Assembly (NCBI GenBank): GCA_051883455.1
Contig: JBJETT010000002.1
Location: forward strand, 12,584 to 76,583
DNA length: 64,000 nt
Reading direction: 5' to 3'
Origin: Christensenellales bacterium
Lineage (GTDB): Bacteria > Bacillota > Clostridia > Christensenellales > UBA3700
The notes under the pieces are model-generated. The model ran no database searches, was not told the DNA's origin, and saw only the letters and a program-made list of their open reading frames with translations. The stretch's first letter is position 1. Each line of letters starts with the position of its first letter. Of this stretch, positions 42,049-52,113 are shown piece by piece. Both the position numbers and the translations under genes were made by a program.

Positions 42049-42993
42049 ATGTTCAAACTACAAAGATACGCTCAAACCGTTGCGCAGATTCCAAGTCTTG
42101 GCGACGTGGTAGATTATCTCAAAAAAAATCAAAAATGCACCATTGCAGATATCGTCGAGGCGACGGGCTTGTCGCACCCGACGGTAGCGCACGCATTGCG
42201 TCTAGCTCAAGAGGCGGACGTAGCAATTAAGAGGGAGATAGCCACTTCGTCGGGTGGTAGGAGAGCACAAATTTACGCACTCAATCCCGACTTTATACAC
42301 TATGCGTTGATAGTCGTAAAAGAAGATGGTGTTGTCTATCAAATTAGAGATTTTGAGGGCAAGGTATTATCTAATATTCAAAAGAAATGCGACAAAAACG
42401 ACTTTATCGTTGGACTTACGAGAATAGTCGAGAATATCAAGATAGAAGACGACTTGGTAGAGCTGTGCGCCATATCTTTGCCGTGCGTTGTCAACGGCAC
42501 TATGATAGAAGAATGGGCTAGGCTGGGACTTAGAAAGGTCAATATCGTCGAACAAATCGAAACCAAGACGGGCGTCAAGGTTCGTATCGAAAACGATATG
42601 AAGCTCTTATCGTTAGCGGGTTGTCACGAAGACGACCAAGAGGGAGAAATACACGTATCCTTGTACGTTGATAAAAGCTCCGTAGGCATTGGCGTAAGTA
42701 TAGACGGCAAAGTTTTCAAAGGCGCTAGCGGCTATGCCGGAGAAATCAAATATTGTCCTAATATGGGCGGTTTGGTTGGCGACAAGGCGGTAAGGGCAGC
42801 GCTCAACGCTATTGCTATGTACAATCCACATTCTATGACGGTATTTGCGCAAGACTCTGCCAAAGCGTCGGCATACGTCAACGCTATATCCAAGCGATTG
42901 CCCGAATATCTCGTTCCACGCTTCGTTATTTACGACGATTACGTAGTTGCCCAAACTCAAGCGTTGTGGGAATTGGTACGAGGCACACTATGA
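42049..42993 (+). CDS. ROK-family transcriptional regulator
   Basis: N-terminal HTH, SSGGR, IENDM, GYAGEI. Confidence 0.85.
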   Translation: MFKLQRYAQTVAQIPSLGDVVDYLKKNQKCTIADIVEATGLSHPTVAHALRLAQEADVAIKREIATSSGGRRAQIYALNPDFIHYALIVVKEDGVVYQIRDFEGKVLSNIQKKCDKNDFIVGLTRIVENIKIEDDLVELCAISLPCVVNGTMIEEWARLGLRKVNIVEQIETKTGVKVRIENDMKLLSLAGCHEDDQEGEIHVSLYVDKSSVGIGVSIDGKVFKGASGYAGEIKYCPNMGGLVGDKAVRAALNAIAMYNPHSMTVFAQDSAKASAYVNAISKRLPEYLVPRFVIYDDYVVAQTQALWELVRGTL

Positions 42994-43811
42994 AGTTCGA
43001 CAGATTTTTGTGCCCTGTATGCGGTAATACTCTCGTCTTAGAAGGTAGGACGTGCAAGTGTAGTAAGGGGCATTGTTTTGACGTAGCGAGAGAAAACTAC
43101 GTCAACCTCAATCTCAGCCAAAGGTCGGGAGAAAAAATCGGCGACAACAAGGAGATGATAGAGGCAAGGCGTAGATTTTTGGAGCTAGGTCACTATCAAC
43201 GGCTAGCTGACGAGCTAGCCGACCTAGTAGGTGAGTATTGCCCTAAGGGGGGAAGCGTGCTTGACCTTGGTTGTGGATACGGATATTATATCTGCCATAT
43301 TGCCAAAAGGTATGGCGAAAGCTATCGTTATCTAGCCACGGATATATCCAAAGAAGGAGTCAAAATAGGCGGAAAACTCGATACGTGTATTGATTTTTGC
43401 GTTGCCAACTCGTTCAATTTGCCACTTGCAGGTAGCAGTATCGACGTGCTTGTTTGTGTCTTTGCGCCTTACGCAATCGACGAAATATGTAGAGTGCTAA
43501 AAGAGGGTGGCGTTGCCATATTCGTCAGCCCCGCACCATATCATCTATGGGAACTAAAACAAGCAATATACGGTGACAAGGCGTATCCCAAGAGCTTTTC
43601 GGTAGACTTCCAACCACTCAAGAAGGTGCAGCGCGAAGAACTCGATTATATCTTCACATTGGACACTCATCAACAAATTGATAGTCTTTTGGCAATGACC
43701 CCGTATTATTATACGACGCCCAAAGACCTGCTTAATCGCTTAGAAAATGTAGAAAAAATACAAATTAGAGCAAATTTTGACATAACGGTAGTCAAAAAGT
43801 TGACAATTTGA
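42990..43811 (+). CDS. RlmA-like rRNA (guanine-N1) methyltransferase
   Basis: CPVC...CSKGHCFD zinc finger, LDLGCGYG, MTPY. Confidence 0.85.
   Translation: MKFDRFLCPVCGNTLVLEGRTCKCSKGHCFDVARENYVNLNLSQRSGEKIGDNKEMIEARRRFLELGHYQRLADELADLVGEYCPKGGSVLDLGCGYGYYICHIAKRYGESYRYLATDISKEGVKIGGKLDTCIDFCVANSFNLPLAGSSIDVLVCVFAPYAIDEICRVLKEGGVAIFVSPAPYHLWELKQAIYGDKAYPKSFSVDFQPLKKVQREELDYIFTLDTHQQIDSLLAMTPYYYTTPKDLLNRLENVEKIQIRANFDITVVKKLTI
43373..43390 (+). repeat. Dispersed motif copy 5 (AAAACTCGATACGTGTAT), inside a CDS
   Basis: Exact match to TCGATACGTRT; encodes KLDTC. Confidence 0.8.
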
Positions 43812-43862
43812 CATAAAATATTATAATTATTGTCAGTTAGTTATTAATTTGGAGGTACAAAT

Positions 43863-44186
43863 ATGGAAGATAAAGTATGTTGCGTAACTTTTTACGTAGA
43901 CAACAAGACCGATAAGGACGTTGATTGCGTATACATCTGTGGCAATCATCCTAAGCTTGGCAATTGGAATCCTGCTAAAGCGCTCAAAGTAAAGAAGGAC
44001 AACGGCATTTTTAGAATCGTTAGAAGATTTGATGAAGGAACTACTTTGGAATACAAAGTACTTTGCAAGCCTAATTGGGAAGGCGTGGACAAAGGAATGT
44101 GGGGCGAAGAAATCGTCAACCACACCGTAGTCGTTGAGAGCGCAACAAAGAGTCCCGTTACCGTATACAACTGGCGTCAAAACTAA
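43863..44186 (+). CDS. Stand-alone CBM20 starch-binding protein
   Basis: VYICGNHPKLGNWNPAKAL, LEYKV, NWEG match the CBM20 pattern; 107 aa; GGAGG RBS. Confidence 0.8.
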   Translation: MEDKVCCVTFYVDNKTDKDVDCVYICGNHPKLGNWNPAKALKVKKDNGIFRIVRRFDEGTTLEYKVLCKPNWEGVDKGMWGEEIVNHTVVVESATKSPVTVYNWRQN

Positions 44187-44210
44187 TAGGGGTTAGACCA
44201 ATCAACAAGC

Positions 44211-44245
44211 AATACGTCTCGTCAATCGACGGGCCGTATTTTTTT
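44211..44245 (+). terminator. Intrinsic terminator
   Basis: aatacg..cgtc/gacg..cgtatt plus T run. Confidence 0.6.
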
Positions 44246-44332
44246 GTGGGAAGTACAAACCGCTTCAAAATAGGGTATTGTCAACTATTTTTATTTATGT
44301 TATAATAATTAAAATATAACGTGGAGAGAGTT

Positions 44333-45976
44333 ATGCTAGAAAACTATTATTTACATATCAGATACAAGGACGGACGAGAAGTCAAAACCGCCACGATGAG
44401 CAACGACGATTTTACGCTCAATTACGTCAAAAACAACGCCTGTCTTACTCTGAATATCAAGGTAAACATTCCTATCGAGATAGACAAGGTTTGGCTTGAG
44501 ATGGAATATGATTTTGCGCCCGGCGACAGGTTTTTTGCCAACGGCTACCAGTCTTGGACCGACAGCAGAGAGTTTACTTGCAACCAAAGAATGGCTGACC
44601 AAGGCTTGCTCAACAAGACGCCAATCGGCAAGATGTTAGGTATGATCAATTACGGCGACTACACGTGGGTTGAACAACCTAAGAAGAAAGGGCAATTCCA
44701 CTCTCACGGATACGCTTACGTTCGCAGAGGCGACGAGATAGATTTCGTAGGCTCTCTCAGCGACAAGGACGGCTACACCGTTATTCAAGCAGATATGAAT
44801 GCCAACCGTATACGCATATACAAGGACGTGGAGGGCGTATTGATTGACAATACCTACACGCTATTTAGTCTCATATCACTCAAGGGCGAGTACAACGAAG
44901 TCTTTGACAAATACTTTGCAATGATGGGCATACCGAGACCAATGTATCCCGTCATCAAAGGATATACTACTTGGTACAATTATTATCAAAATATTAGCGA
45001 GAGCATCGTGCTCAACGACCTCGAAAGCATTGCTTCCACGGGGCTTATCAACACCTTCCAAATCGACGACGGCTATCAGACCAAGGTAGGCGAATGGAAG
45101 AGTATCGACACGGTCAAATTCCCTAACGGTCTTGACGGCATTGTCAAGGCTATACACGCCAAGGGCTTGCAAGCAGGCTTGTGGATGGCGCCGTTTGGCG
45201 TTCAAAAGAACTCACAATTAGTGGAGCAACATCCCGACTGGTTTGTCAAAGGCGCAGACGGTAAAAAGATAGTCTGTGGTGCCAACTGGGGCGGATTTTA
45301 CGCTTTGGATATTTACAACAAAGAGGTTAGAGCGTATATCAAAGATTGCTTTGCTTATTACTGCAATATGGGCTTTGACCTATTCAAACTCGACTTTTTG
45401 TATTGCGCTGCTATGGTGCCTAATTACAACAAATCTAGAGCAACTATCATGTACGACGCGATTACTTTGATTAGAGAATGTGTGGGCGACAGAAAGATAC
45501 TCGGTTGCGGAACTCCGCTTATGCCATGCTTTGGCAGAGTGGAATATATGAGAATAGGCGCCGATATGGGGCTTAGTTGGAAAGAGGGCTTTATCCAAAA
45601 GATATCTCATCGTGAGGACGTGTCGAGTCAAGGAGCGGTATATAATATCTTGTATCGCAGACACCTCAACAAGAGGGCGTTTATGTGCGATCCCGACGTC
45701 TTCACTATTAGGGATTACAACGTCAAGTTTACCCCTTCGCAACAACAGCTTCTTGCCACTATCATCAAGATATTCGGCTCGGTTTTGTTTACCAGCGACG
45801 ACGTGGGCAGATACGACGACACTCAAAAGAAACTCTTTGCCGAGGTGATGAGCGAGTGCGAGATATGGGTAGAAGACGTCACCCAAATAGGCAACGAGGT
45901 CACCGTCAAATATAGCGTAGACGGCGACGATAGAGTACTTAAATTTGATATGAAAAACTGCCAAAAATTATCCTAA
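44333..45976 (+). CDS. Alpha-galactosidase-like glycoside hydrolase (GH36 family)
   Basis: TTWYNY, FQIDDGYQ, GLWMAPF, FKLDFLY, RIGAD. Confidence 0.85.
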   Translation: MLENYYLHIRYKDGREVKTATMSNDDFTLNYVKNNACLTLNIKVNIPIEIDKVWLEMEYDFAPGDRFFANGYQSWTDSREFTCNQRMADQGLLNKTPIGKMLGMINYGDYTWVEQPKKKGQFHSHGYAYVRRGDEIDFVGSLSDKDGYTVIQADMNANRIRIYKDVEGVLIDNTYTLFSLISLKGEYNEVFDKYFAMMGIPRPMYPVIKGYTTWYNYYQNISESIVLNDLESIASTGLINTFQIDDGYQTKVGEWKSIDTVKFPNGLDGIVKAIHAKGLQAGLWMAPFGVQKNSQLVEQHPDWFVKGADGKKIVCGANWGGFYALDIYNKEVRAYIKDCFAYYCNMGFDLFKLDFLYCAAMVPNYNKSRATIMYDAITLIRECVGDRKILGCGTPLMPCFGRVEYMRIGADMGLSWKEGFIQKISHREDVSSQGAVYNILYRRHLNKRAFMCDPDVFTIRDYNVKFTPSQQQLLATIIKIFGSVLFTSDDVGRYDDTQKKLFAEVMSECEIWVEDVTQIGNEVTVKYSVDGDDRVLKFDMKNCQKLS

Positions 45977-46034
45977 GCAACTATTACAATAATTGCACCG
46001 CCACGAGGCGGTGCACATCGATAAATTTACAGCT

Positions 46035-49000
46035 ATGAATTGTACACAATCTATCAACAACCAACGTATTAGTGGCATATTGATGCCGATTTCCGCATTG
46101 CCGTCGCCTTACGCAATAGGTACTTTTGGCGAGTCGGCATACCGATTTATAGATTTTTTAGTAGACGCGGGTCAAAGCGTCTGGCAAGTACTACCGCTCG
46201 TGCCGACGGGTATGGGTGGCTCTCCCTATCAATCAATCAGCGCACAGGCTATCGACGTCAACTATATTGACCTAGAGGCTTTGCGAGAGCAAGGCTTGTT
46301 GACTTCTAAGCACTTGCAAGAGTTGAGAGCTATCAACGGAGAGCGGGTAGATTACGATAGACTTACCCCAATCAAGCTTCGACTTTTGCGCACAGCCTAC
46401 GACAAATATGAGCCAACCCAAGATTATCTCGATTGGGTCAATGGCAAGAGCTTTTTGAACTACGCAGTGTTTATGGCTCTCAAAGAGCAAGACGAAGCGC
46501 CTTGGTACGAGTGGCAATGCTATCGTATTTTTAACGAAACAGAGATAGAGCGTTACGCCGAGCAAAACGCCTACGAAGTGGGATTTTATCTTTGGACGCA
46601 ATGGGTAGCACATGAGCAATGGCTCAAGTTGAGAAGCTACGCTAATTCCAAGGGCGTCAAGATAATGGGCGATATGCCTATTTACGTTGCCTTGGACAGC
46701 GTAGAGGTATGGAGCCAACCGCAAAATTTCCAATTAGACGACAATTTCGTTCCCAAAGCCGTAGCGGGCGTTCCACCCGATTATTTTTGCGAAGAAGGAC
46801 AACTATGGGGCAATCCTCTATACGATTGGGACAAGATGAAAGAGGACGGCTTTGCGTGGTGGAACAAGCGTATCGCTCAGGCATTTGAGCTGTACGACGT
46901 GGTGCGTATCGACCATTTTAGAGCTATGGACAGATACTACAGCGTGCCTTATGGGGCAAAGAACGCCATAGACGGCGAGTGGAAACAAGGCGTCGGCTTC
47001 GATTTGTTTGCCGACAAGCTGGGGCTCGACATAGTTGCCGAGGACTTGGGACTTATCGACGACGGCGTAAGACAGCTTTTGTCCAAGACGGGCTATTGCG
47101 GTATGAGAGTGGTTCAGTTCGGCATGGACGGCGACGTGGACAGCGACAACAGACCAAGCAACTATCCTCGCAAGAGCATAGCCTATACGGGCACGCACGA
47201 CAACGCGACCTTGATGCAATTTATTTGTCAAAGTGACAAGGCGAGGTTGTCGCAACTCAAGCGTAGCATCAAGGACGAGTGTTCGTTGATGGATATACCG
47301 TGCCAATGCGATAGTGCCAAGGATATTGCCGACACTCTCATAAGGTTGGTTTATGCAAGTAGGTCCAACGTAGCTATCGTACCTTTTGCCGATTGGCTGT
47401 ATCTTGGCGACGAGGGTAGAGTCAACACCCCGGGCACTGTGTCCAACCTCAACTGGAGCTGTCGTATAGACTTCCCTAGCGACAAAGAACTAGGCAAGAT
47501 TGCCAAGAATATCAAAAAGATAACTCGCCTTTTCGATAGAACGGGCAAGGTAGACAGACCACCAAAGACCAAGTTTGATTTGGGCGTCAACGTAAGTGGA
47601 AAAGCCACAACCTTTGCCGTTTGGTCACCGCCTACCAATTACGCCAAGGTCAAGATTTTTGACACGGCTTTTGACTCAAACCTTATAGCCGCCTACGATA
47701 TGACCAAGGACGGAGACGTCTTCCGTTGTACGGTAGCTCAAGACTTGACGGGCAAATTTTACGCCTACGAGATAGACGGCAAAGAGTGCGTAGACCCTTA
47801 CGCCCGAGCAGTCGGCGTCAACGGATGTCGAGCAATGATAGTCGATCTTTCTCGTACCGATCCCGACGGTTGGGAGCAAGACAAATATCACGGCAACGCA
47901 ACCCCGATAATATGGGAAGTGCATATAAGAGATTTTAGCATTAGTATGCCCGATACCTTTGAAGTTAGAGGCAGATACGGCGGTTTTGCTACGGGATACA
48001 AGACTATTTGTGGCAAGGCGTGTCTTGTCGATTATCTCAAGCAGTTGGGTGTGACATACGTTCAACTTTTGCCTATCGCCGACTTTGAGAGTGTGGACGA
48101 GAGAGAATTTTGGCAACGCAACTGGGGCTACGACCCGTGCAACTTCAACGTGCCGGAGGGCTCTTACAGTTCCAACCCTTACGACCCTGAGACAAGGATA
48201 CGAGAACTCAAACAACTAGTCTTGACCTTGCACGACAATGGCATAGGAGTAATTGCCGACGTGGTGTACAATCATACCTATCGCACCGAGGACTCCAACC
48301 TTGAGGCAGTAGCTAAAGATTGCTATTATCGCAAGTTCGCCGATGGTAAATTCTTCAACGGCTCGGGGTGTGGCAACGAGATTGCCACCGAGAAGCCTAT
48401 GGTGCGTCAGTTTATCATAGATTCGCTCACTTATTGGGTAGAAGAATACCATATCGACGGCTTTAGATTTGACCTTATGGGACTGTACGATATCGACACC
48501 GTCGTTGCAATACGAAGTAAGCTTGACGAATTGGAAGCTAAGCTTGGCAAGAGCATATTGACTTACGGTGAGCCGTGGTGGGCTTTGCCACCTGCTCCTT
48601 GGATAGTGCCTGCCGATACGTCCAACCTTGCACTACTTCCCGACAAGGTGGGAGTGTTCAACTCTTCGTATCGTGACGGACTTAGGGGCGACAATCATTT
48701 ATCGCGAGGATTTTTGCAAGGAATGGCAGTATCTTTGAGTGCCGTTATGAGCGGAATAGAAGGGGCGAGCGATAAGCGTGACGGAGTCGTCTTTAAGCTC
48801 AATAGCCCAAGCCAAAACGTATGCTATATGTCGGCGCACGACAACTACGCACTCTACGACCAGCTCAAAGCCACTATGCCTAACGAGAGAGAAATCAAGA
48901 TAGCCACCAAGTTCGGCGCGTTTTTCGTTATGAGTTCTTTGGGGCTTGCCTTTATGCAAGCGGGCGAAGAGTTTTGTCGTACCAAGCAAATGAACGACAA

Positions 49001-49376
49001 TAGCTACAACGCGGGCGACGATATCAACGCTTTGGATTGGAATAGAAAGGACGCCTATTGCGATATATCCGACTACTACCAAGGGCTTATCCGTATCCGA
49101 AGACACAACCCTGTATTCCGCAATCTATCTACGGCAAAAGAGCACTTCGAGTGGCTTGCCGTGCGTTCGGCGTGGGGAGCACTTGCCTACCGTATAGGCG
49201 ACTATATCTATATTGCCAATCCTACCGACGGCGACGCTTACGTGGATTTGACGAGGTTTGGACAATTAGAGAGACTGGCAGATATAGATACTGCCAATCT
49301 CTATTGCATAGACAAGCTTAGCGGCGATATCAAAATCCCTGCCAAAAACCTAGCCATTTTGCGCAAGATAGACTAA
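46035..49376 (+). CDS. Fused 4-alpha-glucanotransferase (GH77, MalQ) and type I pullulanase (CBM48-GH13)
   Basis: GH77: WQVLPL, RIDHFR, AEDLG, GTHDN; GH13: NWGYDP, DVVYNH, GFRFDLM, YGEPW, SAHDN; one uninterrupted ORF. Confidence 0.9.
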   Translation: MNCTQSINNQRISGILMPISALPSPYAIGTFGESAYRFIDFLVDAGQSVWQVLPLVPTGMGGSPYQSISAQAIDVNYIDLEALREQGLLTSKHLQELRAINGERVDYDRLTPIKLRLLRTAYDKYEPTQDYLDWVNGKSFLNYAVFMALKEQDEAPWYEWQCYRIFNETEIERYAEQNAYEVGFYLWTQWVAHEQWLKLRSYANSKGVKIMGDMPIYVALDSVEVWSQPQNFQLDDNFVPKAVAGVPPDYFCEEGQLWGNPLYDWDKMKEDGFAWWNKRIAQAFELYDVVRIDHFRAMDRYYSVPYGAKNAIDGEWKQGVGFDLFADKLGLDIVAEDLGLIDDGVRQLLSKTGYCGMRVVQFGMDGDVDSDNRPSNYPRKSIAYTGTHDNATLMQFICQSDKARLSQLKRSIKDECSLMDIPCQCDSAKDIADTLIRLVYASRSNVAIVPFADWLYLGDEGRVNTPGTVSNLNWSCRIDFPSDKELGKIAKNIKKITRLFDRTGKVDRPPKTKFDLGVNVSGKATTFAVWSPPTNYAKVKIFDTAFDSNLIAAYDMTKDGDVFRCTVAQDLTGKFYAYEIDGKECVDPYARAVGVNGCRAMIVDLSRTDPDGWEQDKYHGNATPIIWEVHIRDFSISMPDTFEVRGRYGGFATGYKTICGKACLVDYLKQLGVTYVQLLPIADFESVDEREFWQRNWGYDPCNFNVPEGSYSSNPYDPETRIRELKQLVLTLHDNGIGVIADVVYNHTYRTEDSNLEAVAKDCYYRKFADGKFFNGSGCGNEIATEKPMVRQFIIDSLTYWVEEYHIDGFRFDLMGLYDIDTVVAIRSKLDELEAKLGKSILTYGEPWWALPPAPWIVPADTSNLALLPDKVGVFNSSYRDGLRGDNHLSRGFLQGMAVSLSAVMSGIEGASDKRDGVVFKLNSPSQNVCYMSAHDNYALYDQLKATMPNEREIKIATKFGAFFVMSSLGLAFMQAGEEFCRTKQMNDNSYNAGDDINALDWNRKDAYCDISDYYQGLIRIRRHNPVFRNLSTAKEHFEWLAVRSAWGALAYRIGDYIYIANPTDGDAYVDLTRFGQLERLADIDTANLYCIDKLSGDIKIPAKNLAILRKID

Positions 49377-49381
49377 ATAAG

Positions 49382-49395
49382 TCGATACGTGTCGA
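49382..49395 (+). repeat. Dispersed motif copy 6 (TCGATACGTGTCGA), 5 nt after a stop codon
   Basis: Full 14-bp near-palindrome. Confidence 0.85.
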
Positions 49396-49412
49396 GCAAA
49401 TTGATTTTTAAC

Positions 49413-49446
49413 AAAAATAAGCCCTGCTATTTAGCAGGGCACATTT
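49413..49446. terminator. Terminator hairpin between convergent genes
   Basis: gccctgct-attt-agcagggc with a 5' A run. Confidence 0.65.
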
Positions 49447-49459
49447 ATTGTTACTTCGA

Positions 49460-50401
49460 TTATGCGATAGTCGATTTTATCACGTCTTGGTCTATGGTGT
49501 ATTGAGACTTTTCGTAGGTCAATACGCTCTTGCAAGTTTGCTCACACTTTAGCGTTGCAAGCCCTAGTGCCTTTCCTTGATACTTTTCGTGACGTAGCCA
49601 AGAAGTAATCTTGAGCACGCCGTCTATCTCTTTGACGGTAAAGTCGATAGTAGTGTCCATCAGCATCTCAAAGCTATCGGGACTGCACGTCGTGCGGTCG
49701 ATAAATTCTTGCTTGGCTGCAATTTGTTGGTTGGCGAGCACTTGAGCCGAGCAGTCGAGCGCTATGGTAAAGTAGTACGTGCCTTCTTGGTCTACGTATA
49801 TGTTGTCGTTGTGGTACTGAGATAGCAGACTGCGGTCGTTCATAGTATATGTTGTCAAGTGTGAGGTATCATCTAGCATTCTTGCGTTGCAAGCCTCCAA
49901 GTTAGCGTCGGCTTTCAGCGTTCCGTAACTTTTGACGTTGAAGTCAGCCATAGTGCCTTGTAGAGATTTTTTCTTTTCTACTATGTTCTTATTTTTGACG
50001 TAATTATTAGAGTAGTAGGTGGTGCCGTCGAAGTATAAGGTTTTTAGGTCGTATGCTTCCCCGGGACCTATTCCGTAGCCCACCTTGACGTCGCGGGATA
50101 GAAACTTGTTGCCGTCTCTATACACTACGAAGTGAGAGCATTGTTCGATGCCCGTCGTCTTGAAGTGGAACAGCTCGTCACGATAGTAACCTCTATCGTT
50201 TTTGTAGGTTTCATACACTTGTTGATAGAGGTCAAACGCCGACATTGAGTCAACCTTAGTCAGCGTAGTGTAGTCAACGCCCTCGTAAGAGCCTTTTATA
50301 GCGTCTTGAGGTAAGTCTTTGTCTTGGTTGCAAGCGACAAGACTTATACAACCAAGTAGGATAGTCAATATTATAGCAATGGATATTAGTTTAGTCTTCA
50401 T
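49460..50401 (-). CDS. Hypothetical lipoprotein
   Basis: Signal peptide with lipobox LVAC; GGAGG RBS. Confidence 0.8.
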   Translation of the reverse strand: MKTKLISIAIILTILLGCISLVACNQDKDLPQDAIKGSYEGVDYTTLTKVDSMSAFDLYQQVYETYKNDRGYYRDELFHFKTTGIEQCSHFVVYRDGNKFLSRDVKVGYGIGPGEAYDLKTLYFDGTTYYSNNYVKNKNIVEKKKSLQGTMADFNVKSYGTLKADANLEACNARMLDDTSHLTTYTMNDRSLLSQYHNDNIYVDQEGTYYFTIALDCSAQVLANQQIAAKQEFIDRTTCSPDSFEMLMDTTIDFTVKEIDGVLKITSWLRHEKYQGKALGLATLKCEQTCKSVLTYEKSQYTIDQDVIKSTIA

Positions 50402-50631
50402 AATTTCCTCCAATAATATTAAAGCATATTATTGACCTAAGGTCAAGAGGAGAAAAGCAACGAAAATTTTGTACAAAACGCATCGTTTTGTATAGGTAAA
50501 TATTGAGTAAAAAAAGATTGAAAAAAGAGATTTTTAATAAATCTTTAAGGCAATATTGATAGCATAAAGTCAGTAAAATCTAGAAAAAACGCAAAAATTC
50601 TATATAATTAATTGCAAAAAGGGGTGATTGT

Positions 50632-51978
50632 ATGTCGAAAAAGTGGAAGATTGCCGTGATAGTATTGGTTATAATAGCGTTGTTTTCGCTGTGCGCTTGT
50701 CAACAAGGTGGCTTGTCTGCCTACGAAATCGCCGTGCAAAATGGATTTGAGGGTACTGAGGCCGAGTGGCTTGAGAGTCTCAAAGGTGCAGACGGCGTGG
50801 ACGGAACTAACGGTATTGACGGGAGCAATGGACTAGACGGCGCCGACGGACAAAGCATAACGCTGGACGACTTGAGAGACTTGTACGAGCAAGAAGTGCA
50901 AGATAACGGCTATGCGGGCACTTTCTACGACTTCTTGCAAGACAAGTTGGGACTGACTATCAATTTTTCGACAGACGACAGCGCTGTGATAGAGGACTGC
51001 TTGTTGTCGAGTGTCAGCGTTAGAGCGACCAACGATAGCGGTAGTGGCTCTGCAGGAGCGGGGGTAATATACCAACTTGACAAAGAGGCGGGAGATGCAA
51101 TAATCATCACCAACTATCACGTAGTATACGACGGCTCGGCAGACGACGGAGTGTACGACAATATCAACGTATATCTCTATGGTGGCGAGAGTACAAACAG
51201 TGCGATATCTTCCACCTACGTGGGGGGCTCGATGAACTACGACTTAGCGGTGCTTAGAGTATCTTCCAACGATATTATCAAAAACAGCTTTGCCAAACAA
51301 GCGACTTTTGCAGACGACTACCAAGTGGGTGAGAGAGCGATTGCTATCGGCAATCCGCAAGACAAAGGCATTGCCGCTACGTCGGGCATAGTCAGCCTCG
51401 AAAGCGAAAAAATCAATATTGCCGCGGTAGACAATAGTGGATACGTGGAGATTCGCGTAATGCGTGTAGATACTGCAATCAACAGCGGCAATAGTGGCGG
51501 AGGATTGTTCAACGCTGAGGGCAAGCTCATCGGCATAGTCAATGCCAAGCACAACGAAACGTCAATCGACAACGTGGGCTATGCAATTCCTGTTGATATA
51601 GTCAAAAAGGTCGTTGACAACGTTCTTGCGAGCAGTGACGGGGTAGTGCGAAAGCTTATTATCGGTGTAACCGTTACCGCACAGGACAGCACTCTTGCCT
51701 ACGATGCAGTGAATGACAAGTATTATATAAGAGAAAAGTGTGTAATAACCGAAGTGAAGGCAGACAGCCTTTTGAGAGAAAGCATTCAACTCAACGACGT
51801 ATTGAAGAGCATATCTATCAACGGCAATAGCAGCGATATCAATAGATTTTTCTGCGTGGCAGACCTAATGCTCACCGTGAGAGACGGCGACGAGGTCAAA
51901 CTTACCGTTGTAAGAGAGGGCGTTGACGTAGACATTGCTTTTACCGTGACCAATCAAAATCTAGTTGTGGTCAAATAG
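50632..51978 (+). CDS. HtrA/DegP-like S1C serine protease lipoprotein with collagen-like segment and PDZ domain
   Basis: Lipobox LCAC; TNYHVV, DLAVL, GNSGG triad; (G-x-D/N)7 run. Confidence 0.88.
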   Translation: MSKKWKIAVIVLVIIALFSLCACQQGGLSAYEIAVQNGFEGTEAEWLESLKGADGVDGTNGIDGSNGLDGADGQSITLDDLRDLYEQEVQDNGYAGTFYDFLQDKLGLTINFSTDDSAVIEDCLLSSVSVRATNDSGSGSAGAGVIYQLDKEAGDAIIITNYHVVYDGSADDGVYDNINVYLYGGESTNSAISSTYVGGSMNYDLAVLRVSSNDIIKNSFAKQATFADDYQVGERAIAIGNPQDKGIAATSGIVSLESEKINIAAVDNSGYVEIRVMRVDTAINSGNSGGGLFNAEGKLIGIVNAKHNETSIDNVGYAIPVDIVKKVVDNVLASSDGVVRKLIIGVTVTAQDSTLAYDAVNDKYYIREKCVITEVKADSLLRESIQLNDVLKSISINGNSSDINRFFCVADLMLTVRDGDEVKLTVVREGVDVDIAFTVTNQNLVVVK

Positions 51979-52065
51979 ATTGAGATTACGTTATTCGATA
52001 GATTTCGTATGAACTAAATATTTTAGAAGGTGTTGCACTTGATAGTATAATTCACCACAAAAATC

Positions 52066-52094
52066 AAAAAGTCCGAGTATTAGCTCGGACTTTT
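52066..52094. terminator. Bidirectional terminator
   Basis: aaaaagtccgag/ctcggactttt. Confidence 0.85.
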
Positions 52095-52113
52095 CGTTTA
52101 GTCAAACGGTGTA

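Noticed and set aside
50432-50446. TTGACC-TAA-GGTCAA palindrome between divergent lipoprotein genes
   Set aside because: Single occurrence with no regulator nearby; cannot be distinguished from back-to-back -35-like elements
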